64,000 nucleotides of DNA from the sequence record NC_070963.1. The stretch is one strand, 5' to 3'. The notes under the pieces were generated by a model. That model had not been told where the DNA came from and did no database searches. It worked only from the letters and a program-made list of their open reading frames with translations. Positions 45,201 to 55,500 of the stretch are shown one piece after another (within the stretch, counting starts at the first letter, position 1; each line of letters begins with the position of its first letter). A program made the translations under genes and the position numbers.

Positions 45201-47965
45201 TTGTTACAACAATATTACCATCAGTAGTTTATGCTATTAAAGATAGTAATGATACTTTTAGACTTTCTACTAGGCAGGAGTATGCATCTTTAGGAATTGG
45301 CGTTACATTCACATCGTTTGGTTTGGGTAATGCACACCAATTAGAGATGTATAAAAAGAATGAGAAATCAATTATTACAATTAATGATGTTGTACAAAGT
45401 CCTCTTGCATATTCCAATATAACTCACACATTGTCAGGTAATGGTGGACAGATTGGAACTGCTTCTACTATTTTTGCTATAAGTGGAATTAGTTCAATAA
45501 CTCCAACAGATATTTTAAAAGTTGACAATGAATATATGAGAGTGGAAAATGTTGGTTTAGGAACTACAAATGTAGGACCGATTACATTTAATGGTAGCAT
45601 TTCTCTTGTAGAAGTGACACGTGGATTTGTTGGATCCACTGCAGGAGTACACACAGATACTTCTACTGCAAGAATTTATAGAGGTTCTTATAATATTGCA
45701 GAAAGTACGATTTTCTTCACGGAGGCACCAAGAGGAAACTCTCTAGATCTACTTGGACCAAGTGAATCCAATTTACCAAGAGAAAGAGCATCTTTTAGTG
45801 GTAGAGTTTTCTTACGTGAAGACTATACTACTAATCAAGTCTATGATGATATTTCCGATCAATTTACTGGAATTGGACAAACGTTTATTTTAACCACTCA
45901 AGGAATTAATACAGTTGGTTTGGGAACTTCTGGTGGAAGTGGAATAGTCTTTATCAATAATATTTTCCAGTCCCCCACAACATTCAATAATTCATCAAAT
46001 AATTACTTTGTAACAGAAAATTTAGGAATTACAAGTATTACATTTACTGGAATAACTTCTACCAATGATTCACTATTTACATCAGAATATGATATTAATC
46101 AAAATCAATTGCCACGTGGTGGTGTAATTGTATCTCTTGGCTCTACTGGAGGTTTAGGAATAGCACCTCTCGTTGGAGCATCGGTTACCGCAGTTGTTGG
46201 TGCTGGTGGAACTATTGTTGCCATTGGAATCGGGACAATGGATATCATCGGATCTGGATATCGTTATCCAGTCTCCGTTGCAGTGACAGAAAGTGGACAC
46301 ATTGGAACCGGTGCAGTTATAACAGCAAATGTAGGTGCCGGTGGAACTTTATCATTTAATGTTGTTAATCCAGGTACAGGGTATACAAACCCAACAATTA
46401 ATGTGTCCTCTCCATCATATGAAAATTTACCTATAACTGGGGTTTCAAGACTAGGGATTGGATCTACTACAGATACTGGAATTGGTCTTCTTTTAAATAT
46501 TGAAGTAGGAGCAAGTTCAACTACTACAGGAATTGGGTCTACCTTGTTTGAGGTTAAAACATTTAAAATTACTAGAAATGGTTACTCATTTAGAGTAGGG
46601 GATGTATTTAAACCAGTAGGATTAGTAACTGCAAAAGGTCTTTCTTCACCAATAAGTGAGTTTGAATTAACTGTTCTTGATGTATTTACAGATTCTTTCT
46701 CTTCTTGGCAGTTCGGTGAATTAGATTATATCGATTCTCTAAAACAATATCAAGATGGTATAAGAACTAGATTCCCACTTTTTTATAATTCAGAACTTCT
46801 TAGTTTTGAAATTGATGAAAATGATCCTGACTCACAGTTAATTGATTTAGATTCTGTTCTTCTAATCTTTATTAATGGAGTTCTACAAGAACCTGGAGTT
46901 TCCTACCAGTTTAGCGGTGGAACATCATTTACATTCTCCGTTGCCCCAGAACCTGAAGATGATATTGCAGTATTTTTCTATCGTGGTACAAGAGATCAAG
47001 ACACTCTTCAAATTAATGCTGTAGAAACTATCAAAGTTGGCGATACCGTACAGATTTTCAGTAATAATGCAAACATTGAGAATACAATCACCCAAGACAA
47101 GAGAATAATTTATGATATATCTGCTTCTGATAAGATTGAGACCAATCTTTATACAAATCAAGGAGTTGATGAAGTTAATAATAAACCCCTTTACTGGACC
47201 AAACAAAAAACAGACTTAATACTGAACGGTGAAACTATTTCCAAATCAAGAGACTCTTTAGAGTCTCAAATTTACCCTACAGCAAATATTATTGGTAATT
47301 TTAATAACTCTACAAGTGAAATATTTGTTGATGATAGTAGTCTTTTCAATTATGAAAATCAATCTCCAATCAATTTTGATGCTTTCATCTTTTCAAATGA
47401 TTCTGCTGAGGAATATGAAATCATTACTGATATATCAGATGTAGAGGGATATGATGTTTCGATTATTGGTATCGAAACTACAAATGGAATAGGAGCTCCT
47501 TTAGCACTCAAGTTTACTTTAGATAGAGATCCATTCTCATTCCCAGATTTACAAGTTGGATATCCAGTTTATATTTCTGAGACTTCAGTTGGGCAAGGTG
47601 TGACATCTATTAACACAAGCAACACTGATATTGTTGCCATTAGTACCTCTTTCTTAAATAACATTTATCAAATTCACGCAATTAATTCAACCTTAGGAAT
47701 TATAACTTGTAATATCGCCTCCAATACTTCAATTGTTGGAATCGCTACTACAGGAACACTTGACTATCCAATCGGTAGATTATCTTGGGGTAGATTGTCT
47801 GGATTCTCTAGATCTGCAAATCCAATTTCAATAGGAGTAACTGGATATACATCTAGTGTTGGAATCACTACATTTGGATATAATGCTGGATTGTCTACGT
47901 ATCCAATTATTCAAAGAAGGGGATATGGTCTGAGAAGTAATGGGTCTTTGAAAAAGGATCTATAA
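36278..47965 (+). CDS. gp7: large baseplate wedge initiator gp7
   Basis: 3895 aa between gp6 and gp8; QLPEFI, SKGT..S..ILF, IIGWAYDGNPIYG, LH..G.K.F motifs of cyanophage gp7. Confidence 0.8.
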   Translation: MIQTGFESRVKVQQIIDSQLPEFILDESPKASEFLKQYYISQEYQGGPVDIAENLDQYIQLDNLTSEVVVGYTTLEGDISSSSTSITVSSTRGFPAKYGLLKIDDEIITYTSISGNTFTGCVRGFSGVTNYHKDLQYSELVFSQSSASSHASGASVQNLSSLFLQEFYKKIKFSLTPGLEGLNFTDNLDVGNFIKEARTLYESKGTPESFRILFNVLYGETPSIINLEKYLIKPSDAGYIRRNVAIISNISGDPTKLVGQTIKKSTDEFTSAAVSEVETISRNGVTYYKLNFFVGYDDTYPNVTGTFAITPNTKVIEEVVVTPKENGTTVISVDSTVGFADSGSIFFGSTEIFYSDKSVNQFLGCYVKTSSSITIPKTSSLISNETYYGYEDGDLTKKVEFRITGVLSNLDIETVNYELLDNDIISPKNLGEIIERGSSTKEIFANSWIYNTSSRYQIESFVGNTITTKSSVDSSSLTVGDFVEILQRNTEIVIPGFENATVNSISANVVTINVSTSSLNSLDKYDIRRKIKKASSSIVPIDFGNDKVISDVQNVYIERPDHFYVASNSLPSYQIQVDVFGYDVFELTGYDPDTESYSIIDFNTEVSFINGDRVFYSPDINNPIIGLSEGSYFVEVLSNKRQIKLYLSGPVVGTDDFVYFGEGQSSTPSGTHNFTLYSQRSNKISGQKVLKKFKLNPDLGSNDNNQTLPGSIGMLKNGVEIYSFKTNDKIYYGPIDNVDVLNGGEDFDVVNPPLLELSYGTGLIQPVVIGSVQNIFVDPQDFNIDVIVSVALTGGNGSGASFSPIIEKSIREIEFDARTISNGGGLDIINDRISFASTHNLINGQPIVYDSNFNSAIGVGTFNGSNLNQSKTLISGNTYYTKVINDKTIEIYQSLSDYNAGINTVGFTTIGNSGIQRFKTEPKNKLTGISVINGGSGYANRLLRVSPIGISTYDHTITFKNHGFGDGEIVSYDYEISAISGLSTSNNYTILKLNSDKFRLCNAGIGGTDTSNYQRKNYVKFTSTGSGYQTFKYPDIELKVEYSSVGLGSTQVRGVINATPVIRGKISEVYVYNRGTDYGSTTLNVHKRPQIIIKNGKNAQFRPTIVNGRITDVQVLYGGTEYYSTPDLVITGSGIGAIIRPVVSNNKITDVIVVNPGTGYTSTNISIKAVSAGKNEVLRVNVRELTLNNSYKYGIQNEFYRNPSSEVLIENDNGLKYAVIGYSQNIKTNFNDNSDLSGQHSDIIGWAYDGNPIYGSFGYSDPNDINSSVKKLQPGYSIVTLENRPSTTDFPYGYFIEDYKYTENGDLDQYNGRFGKTKDFPEGVYAYFATTETNIDGEIVGKFPYFIGNEYRSPYLLENIDLNQSFNFNESNLLRNTLPYNVNEEYAGNDFIIESNEIIQQKTLVESVSTGSVSGFEIVKSGSDYSIGDPVIFDDTTSGGGGISAEVSRIVGKDIININTAVESYNNSILEWQNGGKIKVYISPYHNFRSGDNINISGLSTQVSDLNGSYTVGLTTYVATLDKNIPNFASTGIVTDIYLSSIPENISIGSSIQIENEIFSILNVYSNFGIVRVDRSSAGVSHTQTTPVYFLPDSFTVNKTTPYFDSQTNSKIYFNPTLSVGIGTTTGSGVSVNYSIGITTYTTFIPTQSIFLPNHPFKTNQQVVLRKPSGSSAISVSNTPGSLSFNILSGSSEVVYVINKSKDYIGIVTNVGLTTTGGLFFQSKGTDDYHYSIESNLPQVKAKVNKILSVVSVSTSHQLRIGDEVNLEVKPNLTVGIGSSTSINVRLNSLTQKIVLNPLEFTSTGINTVTNTISINSHNLKTGDKILYESLGTLPSGISTGNYFAYRVDENTIKLCETLFDSFNSPPHAVSIGGTGSGNQKISLVNPQIRFTKNNNIVFNLSDSSLLGYDFKIYYDSNFTKEFVSIATTESLSVIGVGTIGLSSTASLTLNYSEGVPEKLYYNLEKSGYISTADTDVANYSEIVFENSQYNGQYSVVSVGNTTFTISLKQIPENTYYDQNDCDVIQYSTTSQTATGGIHKVRLLSGGSSYTSLPLFDRVDSENGSGAFIVPVSTTIGKLKQSRIINEGFEYSSDKTLRPTASIPQFAYISSSNTIDTINILNGGQNYTSPPDLICVNSDSGELIDSGLLRANLSGSSIVSVTIENEPKGLPINPVTIRAINNSNGISINTIQSSSGVVTCFLTTPLAGFTSAPFAIGDRIFVEGIQKSGSAGDGFNSSNYGYQFFTVTNFQNINPAKLEFNLSGLSTNPGIAKTIQESYATIINFNSYPQFESIQKFSPFAIGEKLSSNNENGFAVRDLIVVNCDENFVRVSGNYKLSEGEVIKGTESSNLATIDSVKTIDGVYNVDYFNLQEFGWKSDTGKLSENFQVTSDNDYYQNLSYSVKSSKTWEEIVTPVNNLLHISGTKNFADTQILQSVQSGIGTTESTLSLLNVFESDNRVDTINNLDLVVDIDTFENKSKFIKFNNASLSDYILCKTNRVLKIDDISSLFSSENDESIGVSNISQINSGNNYNRFLIQTRNIFTNETQFTELITINDDQNIFTLQKASLSSLNSENGLANIEGYIDINSNFYLRFEPEDINNSDFDIKILQDTFTSKTGVGTTQSVGFVDLISANKIVSSGITTSIFDLNSSKYSAIYSNIHILNSDSSNMNYVEVYLTHDGTNTYISEYYFDDDLTESSSSFIGSFGASITGGILSLNYTNTSSETITVRTKNVGFGTTAVGTGNYRFKLPGQSDGNERTVVFQSQFNNISSGSTSILVLDKSLFTSSKSVVKVGLGETSALHQIMAINEGNNSYSVQYPFLSIGSTSGIGTFGAEISGNDFIVKFYADPSISGNLEILSFSENFYTQLDTVNIPPALNYTPVQQSVKVAKYFGANSVSINKYDFEAKYEGVPIFMKTFNPSDSDVLNPVTGVFTISNHFFNTGEQLIYTPKSSFIGIGTSAMGIGATANYVGVVTTILPSVVYAIKDSNDTFRLSTRQEYASLGIGVTFTSFGLGNAHQLEMYKKNEKSIITINDVVQSPLAYSNITHTLSGNGGQIGTASTIFAISGISSITPTDILKVDNEYMRVENVGLGTTNVGPITFNGSISLVEVTRGFVGSTAGVHTDTSTARIYRGSYNIAESTIFFTEAPRGNSLDLLGPSESNLPRERASFSGRVFLREDYTTNQVYDDISDQFTGIGQTFILTTQGINTVGLGTSGGSGIVFINNIFQSPTTFNNSSNNYFVTENLGITSITFTGITSTNDSLFTSEYDINQNQLPRGGVIVSLGSTGGLGIAPLVGASVTAVVGAGGTIVAIGIGTMDIIGSGYRYPVSVAVTESGHIGTGAVITANVGAGGTLSFNVVNPGTGYTNPTINVSSPSYENLPITGVSRLGIGSTTDTGIGLLLNIEVGASSTTTGIGSTLFEVKTFKITRNGYSFRVGDVFKPVGLVTAKGLSSPISEFELTVLDVFTDSFSSWQFGELDYIDSLKQYQDGIRTRFPLFYNSELLSFEIDENDPDSQLIDLDSVLLIFINGVLQEPGVSYQFSGGTSFTFSVAPEPEDDIAVFFYRGTRDQDTLQINAVETIKVGDTVQIFSNNANIENTITQDKRIIYDISASDKIETNLYTNQGVDEVNNKPLYWTKQKTDLILNGETISKSRDSLESQIYPTANIIGNFNNSTSEIFVDDSSLFNYENQSPINFDAFIFSNDSAEEYEIITDISDVEGYDVSIIGIETTNGIGAPLALKFTLDRDPFSFPDLQVGYPVYISETSVGQGVTSINTSNTDIVAISTSFLNNIYQIHAINSTLGIITCNIASNTSIVGIATTGTLDYPIGRLSWGRLSGFSRSANPISIGVTGYTSSVGITTFGYNAGLSTYPIIQRRGYGLRSNGSLKKDL

Positions 47966-47970
47966 CACAA

Positions 47971-47978
47971 TATAAATA
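47971..47978 (+). promoter_or_regulatory. T4-type late promoter
   Basis: Exact TATAAATA upstream of gp8. Confidence 0.75.
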
Positions 47979-47998
47979 TAACAAAAAGAATCATATAG

Positions 47999-49564
47999 AT
48001 GTCTGCACTTGTAACAGATCAATTTAGAATTTTAAACGCCAGTAATTTTATAGAATCAATTGATGATTCTTCAAATTCATATTATGTTTGGGTTGGACTT
48101 ACTAATCCAAATCTTTATACTGGTTTTGGTAGAAATGTAAATTGGGATGGACCAGGAGTAACCAATGGTGTGGTTCCCAATCCTACAGACAACTTGGATT
48201 ATTTGACTCAATACGAAGATACTCTTCTTTTTGGAAAAAAAGTTACTTCTTCAAATATCAGACGAGTTGTTAAAAGAGTTGATTGGGTAAGAGGTAAGAA
48301 ATATGATATGTACAGGCATGATTACAGTATTGAAAACTTATCTCCAGTATCGAGAAGAGCAAGACTTTATGATTCAGAATATTATGTATTGAACAGTGAT
48401 TATAATGTTTACATATGCATAGAAAACGGATCTAGTGGTATTAATACAACGGGAAATCAATCACAATATGAACCAACTACTACAGATTTAGAACCTACGG
48501 TAGCTGGAACTGGAGAAGATGGATATGTCTGGAAATATCTTTTTACAGTTGCTCCTTCAGATATTATAAAATTTGACTCAACGGAGTATATAACATTACC
48601 AAATAATTGGGAAACATCTACGGAATCTCAAATTGTTGCGGTAAGAGAAAATGGAGATTCTTCGATAAACAACAATCAAATTAAAACAGTCTATATTGAT
48701 AATCCCGGATCAAATTATACTTCCGGTGAAGTAGATATCTTGGGAAATGGTACTGGAGGAAGAGTGTTTGTGCAAACAAATGCTAATGGTGAAATTACGG
48801 ATACTGTAGTAACTTCTGGAGGCACCGGATACACTTATGGAATCGTCGATTTAGGTGCTCTACAACCAGGAAGCACTATCAGTAACCCAGCAAAGTTAAT
48901 CCCCATTATACCCCCATCTAGAGGGCATGGGTTTGACTTATATAAAGAACTTGGTGCCGATAGAGTAATGATATATGCAAGATTTGACGATTCTACTAGG
49001 GACTTCCCAACAAATACAAAATTTTGCCAGATTGGAATTTTAAAAAATCCAACTTCTTTTATATCTACAGAAACTTTTAGTGGTGGTGAATTTTCTGGAT
49101 TGTATGCTTTACAGTTTAATTCTGTCAATTCATTTTTACCTGAAGTTGGAGAAAAAATTAACCAAACTGTTCCTACCGGAATTGCTGTTGGATATGTAGC
49201 ATCGTATGATTCAGATACAAAAGTTTTAAAATATTTTAGAGATAGATCTCTATATTATGGATCTACACATGATCAAACTGACTATGTGGGGGTTTCTACA
49301 GAAGCAAAAATTGTTGATTTTAGTTCCTCCGGAGGAAATGTAGTTGGAGAAACAAGTGGATTTTCTGGTCAAATTTCTTCATTTTCCGGAATTACAACTA
49401 CAGTAAATAATTCAATTATTAATCTTGGAGTAACATTTACAAATGGTCTTGCAAATCCTGAAATAAATAAAAAAACAGGGGATGTAATTTATATTGACAA
49501 TAGACCTCTTGTATCTCGTAATGTTAGACAAAAAGAAGACATTAAAATTATCCTGGAATTCTAA
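47999..49564 (+). CDS. gp8: baseplate wedge subunit gp8
   Basis: MSALVTDQFR, W..G..YDMYRHDY, DGY.WKYL, GD.IYIDNR. Confidence 0.88.
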   Translation: MSALVTDQFRILNASNFIESIDDSSNSYYVWVGLTNPNLYTGFGRNVNWDGPGVTNGVVPNPTDNLDYLTQYEDTLLFGKKVTSSNIRRVVKRVDWVRGKKYDMYRHDYSIENLSPVSRRARLYDSEYYVLNSDYNVYICIENGSSGINTTGNQSQYEPTTTDLEPTVAGTGEDGYVWKYLFTVAPSDIIKFDSTEYITLPNNWETSTESQIVAVRENGDSSINNNQIKTVYIDNPGSNYTSGEVDILGNGTGGRVFVQTNANGEITDTVVTSGGTGYTYGIVDLGALQPGSTISNPAKLIPIIPPSRGHGFDLYKELGADRVMIYARFDDSTRDFPTNTKFCQIGILKNPTSFISTETFSGGEFSGLYALQFNSVNSFLPEVGEKINQTVPTGIAVGYVASYDSDTKVLKYFRDRSLYYGSTHDQTDYVGVSTEAKIVDFSSSGGNVVGETSGFSGQISSFSGITTTVNNSIINLGVTFTNGLANPEINKKTGDVIYIDNRPLVSRNVRQKEDIKIILEF

Positions 49565-49567
49565 GCA

Positions 49568-52500
49568 ATGGCACAAAAAACAAATTTAAATGTAAGTCCT
49601 TATTTTGATGACTTTGACGCCGAAAAGAATTTTTATAAAGTTCTTTTTAATCCAGGAAGACCTGTACAAGCAAGAGAATTAAATAATATTCAATCAATCT
49701 TACAAAATCAAGTTGAATCTTTTGGTAGTCATATTTTTAAAGAGGGATCTGTAGTAATTCCAGGAAACTTAACTTATGATCCACAGTTTAACGCTGTTAA
49801 ATTAAATCCTACTAATTTTGGTGTAAATATTTCACTTTACATTAATCAATTTTTAGGTAAAAAAATCACAGGACAAATATCTGGGGTCACTGGAGTTATT
49901 CAAAAAATTGAAGTACCAGATTCAATTAATAATTTAGAATACATTACATTATATGTAAAATATAATGATTCGGGAGAAAATTTTTCAATTACTCCTTTTC
50001 AGAATGGTGAATCATTAGTTTCTAGTGAAAATGTTGTTTATGGAAATACTACTATTGTAGCGGGAAATCCTTTTGCATCACTTATTTCCACTGATGCAAC
50101 TGCTGTTGGTTCTGCTGTTTCTATTGATACTGGTATTTACTTTGTAAGAGGAACTTTTGTAAATGTTTCAAAACAAACAATCATCTTAGATTACTATACC
50201 AATACACCATCTTATAGAGTAGGTCTTAAGGTATCTGAAGAAATCATAACTGCAAAAGAAGATGATTCTCTATATGATAATGCAAAAGGATTCACTAACT
50301 ATGCTGCTCCAGGAGCAGATAGATTTAAAATAGGTTTATCTTTAACTAAAAAGACAATTGATAGTGTAGATAGTGATGTAGATTTTATTGAACTTCTTAG
50401 ATTAGATGCTGGACAAGTCAAAAAGTTAAACACAAATACTGAATATTCTATTATTAAAGATTATTTGGCACAAAGAACATATGATGAATCTGGAAATTAT
50501 TCAGTAACTCCTTTCAAAGTTTCTCTTCACGATTCTTTAAATAATAGACTTGGAAACAACGGATTATTTTTTAAAGACCAAAAAACTGAAAGCGGAAGTA
50601 CTCCATCTGATGATTTGATGTGTATCAAATTATCTCCAGGTAAAGCATATGTAAGAGGATATGATATTGAAAAAATTTCTACTACAATTTTAGATGTACC
50701 AAAACCCAGAGATACACAAAATGTAGACAATGTAAACATTCCATTTGAAATGGGAAGTTTACTGAGAATTAATAATATAACTGGATCTCCAAAACAAAAT
50801 GAATCTGTAGAACTTCACTCCGTAAGAAGAAGTGCATCTGGAAATCCTAGTTCAACAACTAAAGTTGGAGATGCAAGAGTTTACAATTTTAGATTAACCG
50901 ATGCTGCTTATTCATCAGCATCTACAAATTGGGATTTATATCTATACGATATTCAAACATATACAACTTTAATTTTAAATCAAGCATTATCACAATCTCA
51001 ATTACCTGCCTCATCATTTATTAAAGGAAAGAGTAGTGGAGCGAGTGGGTATGTGGTTTCTGCTGGAGATGGAACAACTACAGTTAATGTAAGGCAAACT
51101 TCAGGAACTTTTATCAAAGGTGAGCAAATCATCATTAATGGTTTAGAGTTATATCCAAGATCTATTGCAAATATTACAGTATATAATAGTGATGATATCA
51201 AACAAGTTTATCAATCTACATCTGTTTCTGGATTTACCACAGCATTTATAGGCGATTCAGTTCTATCTAAACAACTTCCTATTGGGTTTAATGCTTCTGA
51301 TACTGTTAACATTAGTGCTGGTGGTGTAGTAACTTCTCCAGGAAAGTTTTTTAACGTAATTAAACCTGGAAGTATTATCAGATATCAAACTTCAACAGGG
51401 TCTGTAGAAAACTTTAATAGAGTAACTAGTATCAGTCTAACAGGCGACTCAATGACAGTCGTAGGTGTTGCGACTGTAACTGGTGTTTGTAATGGTGCGA
51501 TTGGTGTTTCCACAAATATATCTTTCAGTATTGGCGCACCTACAATTAGAAACCTTGAAAAGGGATTTTTATATGCTGAAGTTCCAAATTCTAATTTATC
51601 ATCTATTGACTTAAATGACTCAATTTTAACATTTAGTGCTCAATCAACCAGTGCAAAATCTTCAAGCAGTCCAATTGTTTTGTCAGTTTCTGACTTTTCA
51701 TTACCAACAGGACTAACAACTGCACTATTTCAAGGATTCGATGAAGAGCGTTACTCAGTACATTATACCGATGGTACTACTCAATCATTAACTGCTGATC
51801 AATTTTCTTTATCAAATAATCAAGTTACTCTATCAAATCTCACATCTGGAAAAACTACATCGTCTATTAATGCAACATTTATTAAAAATGGAGTTCAGAG
51901 TAAAGAAAAACAATACAATAGAAGTCAAACAGTAAATGTAATTTACTCGAAGTACTTGGAGTCTGGAACTGGAATTAGCACTTCTATCAATGATGGTCTG
52001 CAATTTAATCCATACTATGGATTAAGAGTTCAAGATGAAGAGATTTCACTTAATTATCCTGATGTTGCAAAAGTTTTAGCAGTTTATGAATCACTAAACA
52101 CTTCAAATCCTTCTTTAGACACTTTATCGTTTAGTAGTGTATTGAATATTGGTGGAAATGCAATTATTGGAGAAAATATCATTGGTTCTGAAAGTGGATG
52201 TGTAGCAAGAGTTGTAACAAGATCTACAAATAGTGTTGGTATTGTATTCTTAAATTCCAATAGATTTCTTACAAATGAAAATGTTACATTTGAAGAATCA
52301 AATATTGTAGGGCAAATTGATTCAATAACTTTAGGAAGTTATAACGATATTACTAATAGATTTAAATTAGACAAAGGACAAAAAGAACAGTATTATGATT
52401 ATTCTAGAATTGTAAGGAATGAAGGAGAAACTGAACCATCCAAACGAATATTAGTTGTTTTTGATTACTTTAGTGTACCAACTACAGATAATGGTGACGT

Positions 52501-55500
52501 ATTTACAGTTTTAAGTTATAATAAAGAACAATTTGCCGATGATGTACCTCTAATTGGTTCTAGAAGTGTGAGAGCTTCAGATACATTAGACTTTAGACCA
52601 AGAGTATCTGTATTTTCTGGATCTAGTTCTTCACCATTTGATTTTTCAAATAGAAACTTTAGTTCTTCTATCAAGTTAAATCTAACACCAAATGAAACTA
52701 CTATAATTGGATATGATTATTATGTTGGAAGAGTAGACAAAGTTTATCTTGATAAAAACGGAGAATTTGTTTATGTTCAAGGAACTTCATCATCTAATCC
52801 AAAATCTCCAGTAAAAATTGATGATGTGATGGAGATTGCAACAATTAATCTTCCACCATATTTGTATACACCAAAAAGTGCAACATTATCTCTTGTAGAT
52901 AATAGAAGATATACCATGAGAGACATTGGTCTGATTGAAAATAGAGTTAAAAATCTGGAAAGAGTAACTTCTTTAACACTACTTGAATTAAGTACTCAAA
53001 CTCTTCAAATACAAGATTCTCAAGGATTTAATAGGTTCAAAACTGGATTTTTTGTAGATGATTTTAAAGATTATGAAAGAGTTAACTTAAATTTCTCACT
53101 TCTTGAAATTGATCCTGAATTGCAAGAAATGAGACCAATTATTTCTAGAAATAGTCTTAAGAATTACCTTGCTCCTGCACTTAACATAATAAATGAAGAA
53201 GTAGATCTATCAACCAATTATGCACTAATAGATTCTAATGTACAGAAAACTGGAAGTACTGTAACTCTTAAATATGCATCTGAAAAATGGATTGATCAAC
53301 CATTGGCAACACAAGTTGAAAATGTTAATCCATTCCACGTAATTTCATACAAGGGATCAATTAAGTTATCTCCAGACAGAGACAATTGGGTTAGAACAGT
53401 ACAATTACCAAACAAAACTATATCTGTAACCGATTTTGTTTTAGTCGAGAGAGATAATACTGTTTTAGGAGATAGAACAGTTAGAGTTGATAATGGTGCA
53501 AATGCAAGTAGAACAGAACTTTCGACAGAATTTTCTCAAACTGTAACTGAAACTAGCAGTTCTTCTGTTAGAAGCACTAGTTCTACAAGATTAGTAGAAG
53601 CACGTGCTGAAGAGTACATGAGATCTAGAAATACTGAGTTTTCTATTACCAGTTTAAAACCATATACTAGATATTATCAATTTTTAGATGGAAATGGATC
53701 TGTAGACTTTATTCCAAAACTTATTGAGATTGCTAATAGTGAGTCATTAGAAAATTATGGATCTTCTTCTGCATTTACTATTGGAGAAACTGTTGTTGGA
53801 TATGACAACCAAAATAATAAAATAATTACATTTAGAGTAGCGATGCCATCTCACAAGATTGGCCCCTTTAATTCTCCAACGAACAAGTTTACAGTAAATC
53901 CGTATTCTAGAACTGAATCAATTCCTGATGCATATAGTGCTTCGTCAAAAGTTCTAAATCTTGATACTTATTCAATATCAGAAGAAGCTCAGGGTCTTTA
54001 TTCTGGATATTTAGTGAGAGGTGCTAAACTTGTTGGACAAACTAGTGGAGCGGTAGCATACGTAAAAGATCTCAGGTTAATATCTGATAACTATGGCGAT
54101 TTAATTGGATCTTTCTTTATTAGAGATCCAAATACAAATCCAGTACCAGATGTAAGAATTAATACCGGTACTAAGACATATAAAATTACATCAAGTCCAA
54201 CAAACGAGGTTGCTGTTGCTGGAAGCACTACAATTTCTTCTGCTGAAACTAACTATATTTCAGATGGAACTCTTGAGTTGTATGAGACAACTATTACAAA
54301 TACAACAACAGTAACTAATACTCGGTTAACTACTACAAACATAACAAGAGTAACAACAAACTTTGAACAAACACAATTCCCCCAACAAAATAGAGGGGGT
54401 GGAAAAGATCCTCTTGCTCAAACTTTTACAGTTGATCAAGATGGTGGATTCTTAACAGAAGTTGATTTATATTTTTATAAAAAAGATAGTGGAAATAATC
54501 CACTCACTGTTGAAGTCAGAACTGTTGAGTTGGGTACTCCAACAACGATTGTGGTTGGTAATCCAGTTACTCTAAGACCAGATCAGATTCAAACTTCAGA
54601 CGATGCATCTGCAGTAACAAAAGCAGTATTTGATTATCCAATTTATCTTGCTCCAGGTCTTGAATACGCTATCGTATTATTATCCCCAGAAAGCGTTGAA
54701 TATGAGGTTTTCATTGCAGAAATGGGCAAGAAAACAATTCAGTCTAGAAATCTTCCAGACTCTGAAGCAGTTGTATATACACAACAATTTGCTATGGGAA
54801 GTTTGTTCAAGTCTCAAAATGGATCCGTTTGGACTGCAGATCAATATCAAGATATGAAGTTTACCCTTTATAGAGCGAACTTTGTTACAAATACTCCAGC
54901 TACTGCGTTTTTCTACAATCCTACACTTAATGAAAGTAATGGATATATTCCAAATCTTCAGAATAATCCTTTAACAGTTTTCCCAAGAAAAGTAAGTGTT
55001 GGTATTACAACTGCAACAAATTCTACAATGGTAGGAATTCTAACTACTGGTAGAAAAATTAGTGAAAGTACAAAAACATATAATTATGGATATATTGTAG
55101 GCACCGGATGTTCAGTTTCTTCCGTTGGAGTTACCACAGCAGGTTCTAATTATGTATCGGACACTAGTGTTTCAACTTATAACATTATCGGAAGTGGATC
55201 TGGTCTTACATTAAATATAACAGCTTCTGCTGGAGCGATTACTGCTGCTTCAATTGTAAATCCAGGTAATGGATATGCAGTTGGTGATGTTGTTGGTATT
55301 GTAACTTCTTCAGTCTCAAGTAACAGTGGTAGAGACGCTAGAATTACAATTACTGGAAATAATGGTGGTATTGATACATTATATTTAAGTAATGTTCAGG
55401 GAGAATCGTTTACTTCAGATGGAACTGCAAACCTAGTTTATTTTGATTCTTCTAATAATTCAGTTTCTCTAGGAAACACGTATATCACCAGTTCAACAGC